Below, piece by piece: positions 63,300 to 64,000 of a stretch of DNA of 64,000 nt. This stretch comes from Gracilinanus agilis. Lineage: Eukaryota. Under the pieces are notes generated by a model. That model ran no database searches. It was not told the origin of the DNA and worked only from the letters and a program-made list of their open reading frames with translations. The stretch is from assembly GCF_016433145.1 (NCBI RefSeq), contig NC_058131.1:669461418-669525417 (forward strand). Reading direction: 5' to 3'. The translations under genes were made by a program, and so were the position numbers. The first letter of the stretch is position 1; every line of letters begins with the position of its first letter.

Positions 63300-63760
63300 T
63301 GTGTCTATGCTGATGACTCCAAAATCTGTATACCTACTGTTAGTCTTCTTTCCAAAGTCCAGGCCTACATCTTCAATTGACCACTAGACACTGAATTAGA
63401 TGGACTGTAGACATCTCAAATTCAGCAAATCCAAAAACAACTCATTATCTTTTCCTCTAAAACCCATTTCCTTTCCCTACTATTCTTAAGGGCTTCAGCA
63501 CTCCTCCAGTCAGTTGGGTTCATAATCTTGGTGTCATCTTTGACTCTCATATCTAAATAGCTGCCAGATCTTGTCATTTCTACCTTGATAACACTTCTCC
63601 CATCCAATCCCTTTTCTCGGCTCACACAGCTGCCATCTTTGTTTATATTCTTAACTCTTATAGTTGCAACTATTATAATAGCTTTCTAACTGGTCTTCCT
63701 CAAGTTTCTTCTCTCTCCAATCTCTCCTTCACACAGTTGCCAAAAAAAAGTCTGAGAAAG
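63300..63760 (+). mobile_element. L2 LINE 3' ORF2 fragment
   Basis: TATGCTGATGACTCC = YADDS RT motif, followed by AGACATCTCAAATTCAGCAAATCCAAAA L2-type sequence. Confidence 0.8.
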
Positions 63761-64000
63761 CCTTGAGGACAAGGCAGGACCCCAACTGGGTCAAGAAGGT
63801 TGGGGAAGTAAAGTCAGCCAGAAGGACAACATGAGCAAGATTGGTTTTGGTGTGTACAGAGGACAATGATGGGAAGGGCCTGGTTGGTGTAGATGGTGCA
63901 TGAATAGGTTCTAGAGCTAGAAGGAATGTTCACAATCATCAATTTCTAAATCCTCATTTTTCAGATGAAGAAATGGACTAGAACTTTGTCCAAGGTTTTG

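Noticed and set aside
53124-64000. Search for DUSP29 coding exons (EVWP / HCxMGRSRS)
   Set aside because: None found; if present they lie beyond the window.

Overview
Vertebrate genomic DNA, most likely a didelphid marsupial (opossum-type SINEs plus MAR1/MIR, L1, L2, L3/CR1 and RTE relics; one 186-N gap at 34281-34466). The first 25.5 kb is the DUSP13 locus on the + strand. It holds three, not two, complete three-coding-exon atypical dual-specificity phosphatases in tandem: DUSP13A/MDSP (2751-5600, 195 aa), an unnamed intact paralog (11268-12807, 197 aa, HCAMGLSRS) and DUSP13B/TMDP (20701-25259, 202 aa). All three have identical intron positions and phases, so their exons can be interchanged in frame. 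A CpG-island promoter opens the window (by gene order probably the divergent SAMD8 promoter; inference). Orphan splice sites, a CpG-rich island, an AT-rich SINE-tail expansion containing a templated copy of the new paralog's splice acceptor, and a 61-bp minisatellite lie between unit 2 and DUSP13B. The remaining ~38 kb is repeat-rich non-coding DNA with a muscle-type MEF2/E-box promoter and strong donors near 53.0 kb (candidate DUSP29/DUPD1 non-coding first exon; no DUSP29 coding exon seen). Gene names come from recalled protein similarity, and repeat family names are tentative; no searches were run.
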